Below, piece after piece: positions 39,721 through 49,047 of a DNA stretch of 64,000 bases. The notes beneath the pieces were generated by a model, which was given only the letters and a program-made list of their open reading frames with translations, had not been told where the DNA came from and did not search any database. Made by a program: the position numbers and the translations under genes. The stretch lies in the IMG/VR virus record IMGVR_UViG_3300027816_000052, positions 186,001-250,000 of that record; one strand, given 5' to 3'. Position 1 is the stretch's first letter. Every line of letters begins with the position of its first letter.

Positions 39721-40258
39721 TCCACATTTTCTTATAATCTTTAGTATTTGAGCAATACATAGCATAATCGTTTACAAGTACTTTACCAGTATTATAAACA
39801 CCACAAACAATATCCCACTTTTTGTATTTATTGTGGAGATAGCGTAATAACTTCATACTAGTACGCACATTATATTCAATATCGGTTTTTAGCTTTTTTC
39901 CGCCAATTGGTTCTTTATTAATAAATTCAGATGTTGCTGGCATAATTTGCATAGGACCAAGAGCACCGGCTTTTGAACCTTGTGCGTGATTATAACCCCA
40001 ATGAAATGGACCCAAATATCTAGTTTCTTTGTATGCTACATTGTATGCGATATATTTTGGGATATTATATTCATCCGAATACTTCTCGATGAAGTAATAC
40101 ATCTTTAAACAATTTGGGGAATTATCTGTTTCCGCTAGATAAAATAAATCACCATCATCTAATGTAGTTTTTTCCTCAGGTTTAATTATGAAAAACATAA
40201 AGATGGTGAAACAAATAATAATATAGACCCAAACATTTAAGTAAAATTTATGGTTCAT
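39704..40258 (-). CDS. Lytic transglycosylase (SLT domain) with an N-terminal TM anchor
   Basis: AYKETRY, GALGPMQIMPAT and YNTG. Confidence 0.85.
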   Translation of the reverse strand: MNHKFYLNVWVYIIICFTIFMFFIIKPEEKTTLDDGDLFYLAETDNSPNCLKMYYFIEKYSDEYNIPKYIAYNVAYKETRYLGPFHWGYNHAQGSKAGALGPMQIMPATSEFINKEPIGGKKLKTDIEYNVRTSMKLLRYLHNKYKKWDIVCGVYNTGKVLVNDYAMYCSNTKDYKKMWIKPQN

Positions 40259-40559
40259 TTTTTGTCATGATTTGGTTTGCATAACTATTGAAAATTGATT
40301 TTCCTACACTGTCTGAGTAAATCACATAATCACCACTAAAGTTATCAATCAAAATCAATCTATTTCCCTCATCTATTGCAATATTAACATCTTTTTTATT
40401 AACATATTTGATTTTTGTTTTTGGTTGAGGAACAATTTTATTGTAATTAATACCGACCAAAAAACCAACTGTGATTCCACCAGCAACCGCAACAACAAAT
40501 AACATATGATTAATAATACGCTTAATGGTTGTGAAAGTTTCTTTGAATTCTAATTTCAT
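40248..40559 (-). CDS. Single-TM protein next to the transglycosylase
   Basis: Hydrophobic MLFVVAVAGGITVGFLVG. Confidence 0.6.
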   Translation of the reverse strand: MKLEFKETFTTIKRIINHMLFVVAVAGGITVGFLVGINYNKIVPQPKTKIKYVNKKDVNIAIDEGNRLILIDNFSGDYVIYSDSVGKSIFNSYANQIMTKNEP

Positions 40560-40590
40560 GTTTCTTAATTTTTTAGGTTAGACCGCAAAA

Positions 40591-40947
40591 TTAAGAAGAT
40601 TTTTTGAAATATGCAACTTTATCACCAACTTTTATATCATGATGCGAACAAGAACCTCCGGGTAGCTCAAGAACTATGTTACCTTGACCTGAATATGTTG
40701 GACAGTCATTTGATTTGCAAGGAGGACAATTTTCATGAATTTTTGATATAGTATCATTTACTATAAATATGATATCAAGATTTACAATGCAATTTTTCAT
40801 CCAAAATGATTGTTCTTCATTTTTGTCCATTATAAATAACATTCCATCAAAACCATTAAATCGTTTACCCATCATACCTTCAGTTCTTCCTTCTACAGAA
40901 GTTTTAAGTATTACGTTAAAGTTTTTGTTATTTATTTTTATTTTCAT
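40591..40947 (-). CDS. DUF192 family protein
   Basis: GMMG, GMLF, FWMKN, LDIIF and VLELPGG. Confidence 0.85.
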   Translation of the reverse strand: MKIKINNKNFNVILKTSVEGRTEGMMGKRFNGFDGMLFIMDKNEEQSFWMKNCIVNLDIIFIVNDTISKIHENCPPCKSNDCPTYSGQGNIVLELPGGSCSHHDIKVGDKVAYFKKSS

Positions 40948-41519
40948 TATTTAACAATTATATATTTTTTTCTATAGTTCGCAACTAATTCATCATTTTT
41001 ACTTAATGGTGTATTGATAATATCAATTTCTAATCCAGTCCTAAGATTATCCGGTAAGGATTGAATTGGTGTTCCATTTAACCACAAACTTCCCCCAACA
41101 CGAAGATTATCCGGTAAGGATTGAATTGGTGTTCCTCTTAAATCCAACAATCCCTTAACGTCAAGATTATCCGGTAAGGATTGAATTGGTGTTCCTCGTA
41201 AATACAAACTTCCCCCAACATGAAGATTATCCGGTAAGGATTGAATTGGTGTTCCATTTAACCACAAACTTCCCCCAACTTTAAGATTATCCGGTAAGGA
41301 TTGAATTTGTGTTTCACTTAAATCCAAATGCCCATTAACAACAATCTCATCATATTTGTTATTAAGATGTTTAACAAATCTTTCACCTGATGATGATGTT
41401 ATAAAAGATGCAAATGCTCCCGGAGAAAATGTAAAACTTCTCTTTTCTTCCTCCTGTTCAAGAAGAACCTTTCTAACAATTCTATATAAATCCGATTCTG
41501 TTAATTTTATCTTTTTCAT
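40947..41519 (-). CDS. LRR-like repeat protein with an N-terminal KLTESDL...LLEQ motif
   Basis: Five 20-aa units of the form (P/Q)IQSLPDNLxVxGxLxLxxT. Likely start at 41519. Confidence 0.8.
   Translation of the reverse strand: MKKIKLTESDLYRIVRKVLLEQEEEKRSFTFSPGAFASFITSSSGERFVKHLNNKYDEIVVNGHLDLSETQIQSLPDNLKVGGSLWLNGTPIQSLPDNLHVGGSLYLRGTPIQSLPDNLDVKGLLDLRGTPIQSLPDNLRVGGSLWLNGTPIQSLPDNLRTGLEIDIINTPLSKNDELVANYRKKYIIVK
41043..41342. repeat. Five tandem 60-bp coding repeats
   Basis: AAGATTATCCGGTAAGGATTGAATT recurs at 41043, 41103, 41163, 41223 and 41283. Confidence 0.95.
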
Positions 41520-41538
41520 AACCATAAATATCATTAAA

Positions 41539-41569
41539 TTGACATTGTACTGAAATTATCGTATCTTTA
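41539..41569 (+). promoter_or_regulatory. Bacteroidota-type promoter (variant -7 box)
   Basis: TTG-N20-TATCTTTA upstream of 41582. Confidence 0.6.
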
Positions 41570-41581
41570 CCAAAAAAAAAC

Positions 41582-41986
41582 ATGAAAATTTACTTGGATG
41601 ATATTCGTACACCATTAGATGGTGGTTGGGAAGTTGTTAGAACTTGCGACGAATTTAAGAATTTAATTAAAAAAATTGAACTTAAAGATGTTGAGTTAAT
41701 TTCTTTGGATCACGATCTTGGTCCCGAATCAATGAAAGAATATTTTAAAAATGTTGCAACCAATTACATATTAGATTACGATAACATTAATGAATGCACT
41801 GGTTATGATTTAATTAAGTGGTTAATTCATCATGTTGAAGATACAAACCAAGAACTTCCATTGGTATATTCACATAGCGCAAATCCGATTGGTGCGAGTA
41901 ATATAATCGGGGTGGTTAATAATTATTTGAAAAATAAACGTAGACCACAAACTTCAATAAGACATAATCCACCTCATACAACATGA
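41582..41986 (+). CDS. Cyclic-phosphate-processing receiver domain protein
   Basis: KIYLDDIRTP, ISLDHDLG, TGYD and HSANPIG. Confidence 0.8.
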   Translation: MKIYLDDIRTPLDGGWEVVRTCDEFKNLIKKIELKDVELISLDHDLGPESMKEYFKNVATNYILDYDNINECTGYDLIKWLIHHVEDTNQELPLVYSHSANPIGASNIIGVVNNYLKNKRRPQTSIRHNPPHTT

Positions 41987-42399
41987 AGAAAAATAAAAGA
42001 TATGCTGGAATTTTGGTCAAATGTGATGACAAAGTTCTTTTATGTAAACGCTCTTTAAAAAAAATAAGAGGAGGTGAATGGAGTATACCATCTGGAGGAA
42101 TTGAAGAAGATGAAGCACCAATCGATGCAGCATATAGAGAATTTTTTGAAGAAACTGATATTGAAATAAACGAAGATATTGAATTAATTTCATTAATTGC
42201 AAAAATGACAAGGAATGGCGAAAAAATGAAAGGTCTTTTGTATGTTTATTTTTGTGAGGTTGATAATGAATTTGATGTTAATTTGGAAACAGCACAAGAT
42301 GGTCATGAACATTCACAGTGTGGTTGGTTTGGAATAGATAACCTACCAGAACCAATTGGTGAGCAGTTAAGAAAAATTGTTATAAAAAAATTATCGTGA
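41983..42399 (+). CDS. NUDIX hydrolase
   Basis: GGIEEDEAPIDAAYREFFEETDI Nudix box. Confidence 0.9.
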   Translation: MKKNKRYAGILVKCDDKVLLCKRSLKKIRGGEWSIPSGGIEEDEAPIDAAYREFFEETDIEINEDIELISLIAKMTRNGEKMKGLLYVYFCEVDNEFDVNLETAQDGHEHSQCGWFGIDNLPEPIGEQLRKIVIKKLS

Positions 42400-43469
42400 A
42401 TCATAATAAAATAAAGCAATATGTTATTGATGGTTGGGTAGAAGAAACAAAACACCCAACCAAAAATCTTTTTATTTATAATTACTCAAGAAAAACTCAG
42501 TTTGATAATAAGTGGGACGATATTACGCTTAATTGTCGTGGTCTCATTCTTGATGAGAACGGTAATTTAATTGCTAGAGGATTCTCAAAGTTTTTTAATT
42601 ATGAAGAATTACCACAAAATCACTCCGCGTTTAATATTATTGTAAAAGAAAATCCGATTGTGCAAGATAAATGTGATGGATCACTTGGAATTATTTATTA
42701 TTATGATAATAAGTGGAATGTAGCAACCAGAGGTTCTTTTATGTCTGAACAAGCGCAAAAAGCTGAGGAAATATTACATAATTTGTATCGTGTTGATTTG
42801 TTAAATCCGGAATACACATATCTAGTTGAAATAATTTATGTTGAAAACACGATTGTTGTGGTTTATAATGAGGAAAAACTATTTTTCTTATCCATCTATC
42901 ATAAAGATAAGGAACTTTCTTGGTCTCAGTGCAAAGAAGAATTTAATCGTTGTCAAATACCCAATTCACATATTGTTAAAGAATATGGAAATGTATTTGA
43001 TTATAAATCATTAAAGAATTCTTTTGAAGAAAATAGAGAGGGTTATATTATTAAATTTGAACCATCTAACTATCGAATCAAAATTAAATTTGATGAATAT
43101 GTTCGTTTGCATAAATTAATAACCAATTTTTCAAACGTTGATATTTGGGAATGTTTGAAAAACGAAGATGATATTTATGCGTTCTTGAATAAAGTTCCAG
43201 ATGAATTTGATAAGTGGGTTAGAGGTAAGATATTTGACTTGAACAAGTCTTTTGATTACATTTTATCAGTCTGCAATACAAAAAAAGATGAACTCAATAA
43301 TCAACAACTTGAAAATAGAAAAGATAAAGCATTATGGATACAATCGAATGTGATTCCAAGATATCAAAAAATATTGTATTCGATGTTGGATAATAGAAAT
43401 TATAAACCACTAATTTGGGATTTGGTAAGACCAAAATATCAAAAACCTTATTGGAATAAAGAAGATTAA
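42396..43469 (+). CDS. T4 Rnl1/RnlA-like RNA ligase
   Basis: CRGLIL, FSKFFNY, DKCDGSLG (KxDG), TRGSF, EGYII and KIKF. Confidence 0.85.
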   Translation: MNHNKIKQYVIDGWVEETKHPTKNLFIYNYSRKTQFDNKWDDITLNCRGLILDENGNLIARGFSKFFNYEELPQNHSAFNIIVKENPIVQDKCDGSLGIIYYYDNKWNVATRGSFMSEQAQKAEEILHNLYRVDLLNPEYTYLVEIIYVENTIVVVYNEEKLFFLSIYHKDKELSWSQCKEEFNRCQIPNSHIVKEYGNVFDYKSLKNSFEENREGYIIKFEPSNYRIKIKFDEYVRLHKLITNFSNVDIWECLKNEDDIYAFLNKVPDEFDKWVRGKIFDLNKSFDYILSVCNTKKDELNNQQLENRKDKALWIQSNVIPRYQKILYSMLDNRNYKPLIWDLVRPKYQKPYWNKED

Positions 43470-43472
43470 AAA

Positions 43473-43751
43473 ATGATTGATAAAAATTTAGTAAATTACT
43501 ATAAAGATGAATTAACTAATATTGAGGGACTTATTCGAATCTTAGAAAGATTAAATAAAATCCAATCAAATAATATAAGAATTGATATTACATTATCTGC
43601 TGATGGTATAGATGCATTTGATAAACCATATTGCAACCTTCATAATCAAGAAGTTGATTTCTTAAAAAGAATTTTCGAGCAATTCTTGGATACCTCTAAT
43701 AAGAATATAAATGAATTGGACGAACAAATTAAACTACAATTAAATGGATAA
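43473..43751 (+). CDS. Hypothetical protein
   Basis: 92-aa ORF. Confidence 0.55.
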   Translation: MIDKNLVNYYKDELTNIEGLIRILERLNKIQSNNIRIDITLSADGIDAFDKPYCNLHNQEVDFLKRIFEQFLDTSNKNINELDEQIKLQLNG

Positions 43752-44202
43752 TCACAAAACATTAGCAGATATGTTAATTGACGGTCAATTAGCGGAAGCA
43801 AAAATTATTGACATGCTTTTTGATGCTTTCGAGAAATATGAACCGGAAATTAAACTTGATGACCTTAAAATAGGTTGTGATTATTATGATTGGAGTATTG
43901 AAATTTATTTTCGGGAATCTATTCCATATCCTTGGGAACCATGCAAGGAAATTCGTGACATGATTTATGAAATGGGATTCAAAAATGTTTATTGGAATTT
44001 CACCAAAGATACTAGGGATGTTATGTGCGATAGATACATCGGAGAAATAGAACAGTTGGTGAAGGACTCCAAAGATGAAATTCGCAATTGGGAACCTCGA
44101 CATACGGAACACGCTAAGTGGATTGAGACAAAGTATGGTTATGTTGATGAGCGATTTAATGAAGAGGAATGGTGCAAAAAATATAACTTCTTGCATAAGT
44201 GA
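43744..44202 (+). CDS. Hypothetical protein
   Basis: 152-aa ORF. Confidence 0.6.
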   Translation: MDNHKTLADMLIDGQLAEAKIIDMLFDAFEKYEPEIKLDDLKIGCDYYDWSIEIYFRESIPYPWEPCKEIRDMIYEMGFKNVYWNFTKDTRDVMCDRYIGEIEQLVKDSKDEIRNWEPRHTEHAKWIETKYGYVDERFNEEEWCKKYNFLHK

Positions 44203-44221
44203 AATTTATTAATTATATTTG
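44191..44221 (+). promoter_or_regulatory. Bacteroidota-type promoter
   Basis: TTG-N20-TATATTTG upstream of 44252. Confidence 0.75.
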
Positions 44222-44251
44222 CATTAAATTTAAACATAAAATCAAGTTAAC

Positions 44252-44866
44252 ATGCCAACAGCATTCACGGAAAGAATTGAAAAGGGTGAAATTACGAATT
44301 TTAAAGATTTTGCTAAATTATGTACAAGAGCATTCAGCGCAGCTATTCATATGCGAGATGAGTCGTTAGATTCTTCTTATCGGAAGAGATATGTTGACCC
44401 ATATTATCTAGAAAGTCTTGATGAGGTTAAACATGAATTATTGTTTTTAGAACAATATCCACATGAAGCATATGAAAGTGAGAAGAAAAAAATTATTGAA
44501 GATTTAGAATTTTGTGAAAAAGAAATTAGTAAAAGGTTAGAAAATAAAAAATTAGTTGATAAAATTTTTAAAGAAGCAAATGAGTGGGTAGTACCAACTG
44601 ATGAACATATTGGTTTTAGAAATTTTGTTATGGAACAGCTTTCATATGCTCAAAAAGATTGTGATATAAGTTATTATGACGAAAGAATTTCTGAATTAAA
44701 AAATCGACTTGAAACAATGTCCTTGGATGTTTTTTTAAAAGAAAAATATGATGAATTGAAAAAAGATTTTGAATATTCTTCCAAAAAATTAAAGGAACAA
44801 GAAGAAAACTGTGAAGAGTCGAATATTTGGATTGAAGCTTTATTTAAAAGTTTGGGTGAACTATAA
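44252..44866 (+). CDS. Conserved phage hypothetical protein (MPTx(F/Y)T family)
   Basis: MPTAFT...FAKLCTRAF..IHMRD; promoter upstream. Confidence 0.65.
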   Translation: MPTAFTERIEKGEITNFKDFAKLCTRAFSAAIHMRDESLDSSYRKRYVDPYYLESLDEVKHELLFLEQYPHEAYESEKKKIIEDLEFCEKEISKRLENKKLVDKIFKEANEWVVPTDEHIGFRNFVMEQLSYAQKDCDISYYDERISELKNRLETMSLDVFLKEKYDELKKDFEYSSKKLKEQEENCEESNIWIEALFKSLGEL

Positions 44867-44897
44867 AATAATTATAGATAAAAATATTTTAATTAAA

Positions 44898-45272
44898 ATG
44901 GAATTTATTGAATATAATGGTAAGAGCGAGGATTTTCCGGGATCTTGGGATCACGTTCTAGCTGATGATGTAAAAACGTATGTTCCGGTTGTGGAACGAT
45001 TACATTGGGCATATGGATACCCAATCATAAGAAATATTTTTTATATGTTAGGCACAAATAAAAATCGTGATATATACTATGTTTATCCGGATTTTGGTAA
45101 CAAATATTATATATACGCATCTGAGGATTTAAATAAGGCTAAGTTCTTTGTTGAAAATTTTATAGTAAAGGGGTTAAATAACGAATTACTAACATCAGAG
45201 ACACGTATATTTGATTTACAAGAATATACGCAAAAATTAAGTCAAATCATTAAAATTGTTGAAGAAAAATGA
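44898..45272 (+). CDS. Hypothetical protein
   Basis: ATG at 44898. Confidence 0.55.
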   Translation: MEFIEYNGKSEDFPGSWDHVLADDVKTYVPVVERLHWAYGYPIIRNIFYMLGTNKNRDIYYVYPDFGNKYYIYASEDLNKAKFFVENFIVKGLNNELLTSETRIFDLQEYTQKLSQIIKIVEEK

Positions 45273-45778
45273 ATATAGTAAATAAAGCAAGGGAGTTTGC
45301 AATCAAAGCACACAATGCTGTGAATCAAAAATATGATAATCAACCTTATGAGGTTCATCTTAAAATGGTCAGTGAATTTGCAAGTCAGTTCCAATATCTC
45401 CTTAAAGATGATGATTTGGAAATAGCGCAAGCATCCGCATGGTTACACGACACACTAGAGGATATTTACTTTATAAGTTACAACGACATCAAAAAGGAAT
45501 TCGGTGAGCAAATTGCAGAAGCTGTCTATGCATTAACGAATGAAAAAGGTAGGACGCGAAAAGACCGAGCGAATGCTAAATACTATCAGGGTATTCGCGA
45601 TATTCCTGTTGCTAGATTCGTTAAGGTCTGCGATAGACTTGCAAATGCGAGTTATTCTATAAGTAATGATAGTTCAATGGTGAATGCGTATCGTAAAGAA
45701 AATGAGGAATTTAATCGTGAGTTATATTGCGATGAATTAAAACCCATGTTTGATTATTTAAACCAAATATTAAAATAA
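45269..45778 (+). CDS. HD-domain hydrolase, RelA/SpoT (Mesh1-like) type
   Basis: AH...QKY...PYEVHL, AWLHDTLED, FGEQIA and VKVCDRLAN. Confidence 0.85.
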   Translation: MNIVNKAREFAIKAHNAVNQKYDNQPYEVHLKMVSEFASQFQYLLKDDDLEIAQASAWLHDTLEDIYFISYNDIKKEFGEQIAEAVYALTNEKGRTRKDRANAKYYQGIRDIPVARFVKVCDRLANASYSISNDSSMVNAYRKENEEFNRELYCDELKPMFDYLNQILK

Positions 45779-45786
45779 AATGTTTA

Positions 45787-46149
45787 ATGAAAGTAATAAT
45801 AGCGGGTAGTAGAGACTTTAATGATTATGAATTATTAAAGAAAACTTGCGATAAAATTTTAATAAATCAAAAGGATATCGAGATAGTGAGTGGAGGCGCT
45901 AAAGGTGCCGATGCTCTTGGTGAACGATATGCAAATGAAAGGAGATATGGTCTTAAGATTTTTTTGGCGAATTGGGATGAATATAAAAAAAAAGCTGGTT
46001 ATCTTCGAAATATTAAAATGTCTGAATATGCTGACGCTCTAATAGCATTTTGGGATGGCGAATCTAGAGGGACGAAACATATGATTGATATAGTAACTGA
46101 AAAGGGATTAAAAACTAGAATAATTAGATATGGAATACAAAATAAATAA
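45787..46149 (+). CDS. SLOG (YspA/DUF2493-like) protein
   Basis: KVIIAGSRDF, VSGGAKGAD, AGYLRN and AFWDGESRGT. Confidence 0.85.
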   Translation: MKVIIAGSRDFNDYELLKKTCDKILINQKDIEIVSGGAKGADALGERYANERRYGLKIFLANWDEYKKKAGYLRNIKMSEYADALIAFWDGESRGTKHMIDIVTEKGLKTRIIRYGIQNK

Positions 46150-46669
46150 AAGTTTCTTCATAGATAGAGATAAAAATTCCCATTATTATTTAATTAATAA
46201 TGAATTTCGTGAGCAATGGGAAGAATGGAATAATTTAAGTGAAGATGATGAAAGAAGTTGGAATATTCCAGATTTTGTAATTCCGGTTAATAAACATCCA
46301 AAACATTTAACATTTTCAGAACCAAAACTTGGTGATGAATATTTTGATGATGGTCCAATCAGAGAATTTATTAATGATAATGGTGAGGGTTTCTCAGTTT
46401 ATCCAGAATATAATCATAGTGGTGGATTTTATTTTTCTTGGTTAGAAAACGGTGAAAGATGGTCAACAAAATATGGTTGGCAAGATATCATTGATATTAT
46501 TAATGAACACGATGAAATGCTAAATAGAAAACCTGTTGCATGGTATGTACAAAGAACAGGAGGTCTTACAGAAAGGGAAAGAAATATTAAATACGGTCCA
46601 TTTTTTAAGGAATCTGAAGCAGATGGGTGGGTTGACGAAAATCACACTAAAATTCCGTTATTTAGATAA
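46130..46669 (+). CDS. Hypothetical protein
   Basis: 179-aa ORF. Confidence 0.55.
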   Translation: MEYKINKSFFIDRDKNSHYYLINNEFREQWEEWNNLSEDDERSWNIPDFVIPVNKHPKHLTFSEPKLGDEYFDDGPIREFINDNGEGFSVYPEYNHSGGFYFSWLENGERWSTKYGWQDIIDIINEHDEMLNRKPVAWYVQRTGGLTERERNIKYGPFFKESEADGWVDENHTKIPLFR

Positions 46670-47039
46670 TACTATCTAAAAATATATTTGCAACCTCGTT
46701 ATAAAATAAATTAGCGATTTCATCATCTTCCATATTCTTATCTTTGATTTCATCATAACCCAAAGCATACATTAAATGCTCAATATCATAATAAGAATAC
46801 GGTAAACTAATCCAACTTGGTAAACCTTGCAAATACTCAATAAATGCTCGTTTCATACCACGTCTTTTGATTTCAAAATCATATTCATTCACGAATATTT
46901 CCAAACCGGTTTTTAATGGATTTTTTGTTGGTCTAATATCATACCCATCAAAATCTATATTATCCACAATAAAATCTTTTAAATTATTTTGTCTATCCGA
47001 TTCCTTTAAAAGTTTTTTAATTTTTGTTCTTATATTCAT
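46662..47039 (-). CDS. Hypothetical late protein
   Basis: MNIRTKIKKLLKES; GTATTTAT upstream on the minus strand. Confidence 0.65.
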   Translation of the reverse strand: MNIRTKIKKLLKESDRQNNLKDFIVDNIDFDGYDIRPTKNPLKTGLEIFVNEYDFEIKRRGMKRAFIEYLQGLPSWISLPYSYYDIEHLMYALGYDEIKDKNMEDDEIANLFYNEVANIFLDSII

Positions 47040-47095
47040 TTTATTTTTTATATATAAATACTTATGTTTATAAAAACATTCTTTCGCTTAAAAAT

Positions 47096-48166
47096 ATGCA
47101 AATAATAAATAACAAATTAAAATATATATTTATAATAATTTTTGGTTTTGTTTTCAACATTAAAACTTTCTCACAAACAGATTTGGTATTTTATGATTTT
47201 AATGTATGTAATAATAATCCTGATTATATTTTTCCATATTTTAATGCAACACCTGTGACAACAACTTTACCACTTGGTTCGGGATGTAGTAGCATTAATG
47301 ATGGATGTGCAGCCGGATGCCCCGATTTGATTTGTACAAATAACAACACATCCTTTATAACAAAATCTTGGACTAGTCCAGCAATAAATCTCGCTCATTA
47401 TTATGAGTTTACAATATCAACATATCCAAATGTTTCGTTTTATTTAAATCAATTAAGTTTTAGTTTCAGAAGATCATCCACTGGACCCACCAACCTTGCT
47501 GTATATATGAATGGTGTTTCTCAATCAATATTTAATTCAACATCAACAAGTTGCGTTTCACTTGGTGCGGGAATTAATCAATTGGTGACTGGTTCAGCAA
47601 ATTTTAAAATTTATTTTTGGGGTGGCTCGGTCGATGGGACAGTAAGAATTGATAATGTGAAACTCACACATTCGTTTACAACTTTACCAATTGAGTTAGT
47701 TTATTTTAATGTGAGGTCAATTGAAAATAAAATTAATTTAGAGTGGTTGACATCATCAGAAGTGGATAATTCGCATTTTGAAATTGAAAAGTCATTTGAT
47801 GCGTTTAATTTCTATAAAATAGCCAATATAATTTCAATTGGTTACTCACAACAAAATATATTGTATAATTATACAGATTTTAATGTAAATAATGATAAAA
47901 TAATATATTATCGCTTAAAACAAGTTGATTATGATGGTGATTATACATATTCACCAATAGTTTCAGTTAATAATAATTTTGATGCAATTTTAATACAAAA
48001 TGGATTGGTTTCATTAACCAACCAACATGAATACAAAATAGCTAATATTTGTGATATCTCTGGGAGATTTATTCATGATTTGAATAATGGATCAGTTCAG
48101 CTAAATGCTGGAATATATTTATTAAGATTAAACGATAAAACCAAAAAAATTGTTTTAAACAATTAA
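47096..48166 (+). CDS. Secreted protein with a T9SS type-A C-terminal sorting domain
   Basis: Signal peptide ending TFSQ, an LPIELVYF...YYRLKQVDYDG module, and C-terminal ICDISGR...LNAGIYLLRL...KKIVL. Confidence 0.8.
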   Translation: MQIINNKLKYIFIIIFGFVFNIKTFSQTDLVFYDFNVCNNNPDYIFPYFNATPVTTTLPLGSGCSSINDGCAAGCPDLICTNNNTSFITKSWTSPAINLAHYYEFTISTYPNVSFYLNQLSFSFRRSSTGPTNLAVYMNGVSQSIFNSTSTSCVSLGAGINQLVTGSANFKIYFWGGSVDGTVRIDNVKLTHSFTTLPIELVYFNVRSIENKINLEWLTSSEVDNSHFEIEKSFDAFNFYKIANIISIGYSQQNILYNYTDFNVNNDKIIYYRLKQVDYDGDYTYSPIVSVNNNFDAILIQNGLVSLTNQHEYKIANICDISGRFIHDLNNGSVQLNAGIYLLRLNDKTKKIVLNN

Positions 48167-48198
48167 TTTGTTTTTCTAAACATTTTTATTTATATTTG
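48167..48198 (+). promoter_or_regulatory. Bacteroidota-type promoter
   Basis: TTTG-N20-TATATTTG upstream of 48215. Confidence 0.8.
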
Positions 48199-48214
48199 CA
48201 TATAAATACAAAAA

Positions 48215-48889
48215 ATGTTAATTACAATAATATCTGATACCCACACAAAACATCATCACATTCCGAAAGAACATCTTCCGGGTGGAGACATGATTATTCA
48301 TTGTGGTGATATTTCTTCGCGTGGTTATAGAGAAGAGGTTAGATTGTTCCTTGAATGGTTTACCGATTTAGATTCCTATACACACAAAGTATTCATTGCT
48401 GGTAATCACGATTTCTTCTTTGAAGATAACCCACTCCAATCAAAGGAATTGGTTCAAGAATATTCAAATATAATTTATCTTCAGGATAATATGGTTGAAA
48501 TTGAGGGGGTCAAAATTTATGGCTCACCTTGGCAACCAGAATTTTATAATTGGGCGTTTAATCTTCCAAGAAACGGTGAAAAACTTAAAGAAAAATGGAA
48601 AGCAATACCGGAGAATATTGATATATTAATTACACATGGTCCACCGTTTGGTTGTTTGGACAAAACAATTCAGGGACAATCCGTTGGATGCGAAATTTTG
48701 ACCGAAGAAATTAAAAGAATTAATCCAATAATTCATTGTTTTGGTCATATTCATTATTCTTATGGTTATATGCAAAGAGACAATATTAATTTTATTAATG
48801 CGTGTTCTCTTGGTGAAAATTATGTTTATCAAAACAAACCTTTGAACATTGATTTGGATATGTCAAATAGAATGATTAGCTTTGTCTAA
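48215..48889 (+). CDS. Metallophosphoesterase
   Basis: SDTH, HCGD, AGNHD, THGPP and FGHIH. Confidence 0.9.
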   Translation: MLITIISDTHTKHHHIPKEHLPGGDMIIHCGDISSRGYREEVRLFLEWFTDLDSYTHKVFIAGNHDFFFEDNPLQSKELVQEYSNIIYLQDNMVEIEGVKIYGSPWQPEFYNWAFNLPRNGEKLKEKWKAIPENIDILITHGPPFGCLDKTIQGQSVGCEILTEEIKRINPIIHCFGHIHYSYGYMQRDNINFINACSLGENYVYQNKPLNIDLDMSNRMISFV

Positions 48890-48900
48890 ACAAAAAACAA

Positions 48901-49047
48901 ATGAAAAAATTAATTTTTGCACTTATTATTGTTATTTTTGCATCTTCCTGTGCATCACAAAGATGTCATGGTGTTGGAAACACAACACATGCACTTAAAG
49001 CGAAAAAGCAGCAACAACAAAGAACGTTTTCACAATTTCCTTTCTAA
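48901..49047 (+). CDS. Small lipoprotein (48 aa, not in the track)
   Basis: MKKLIFALIIVIFASSC lipobox; TAATG-coupled to the next gene. Confidence 0.65.
   Translation: MKKLIFALIIVIFASSCASQRCHGVGNTTHALKAKKQQQQRTFSQFPF

Noticed and set aside
41043-41342. Constant-plus-variable 60-bp periodicity resembling a CRISPR array
   Set aside because: The period is a multiple of 3 inside an intact LRR-like ORF, the variable parts are homologous to each other, and there are no cas genes.
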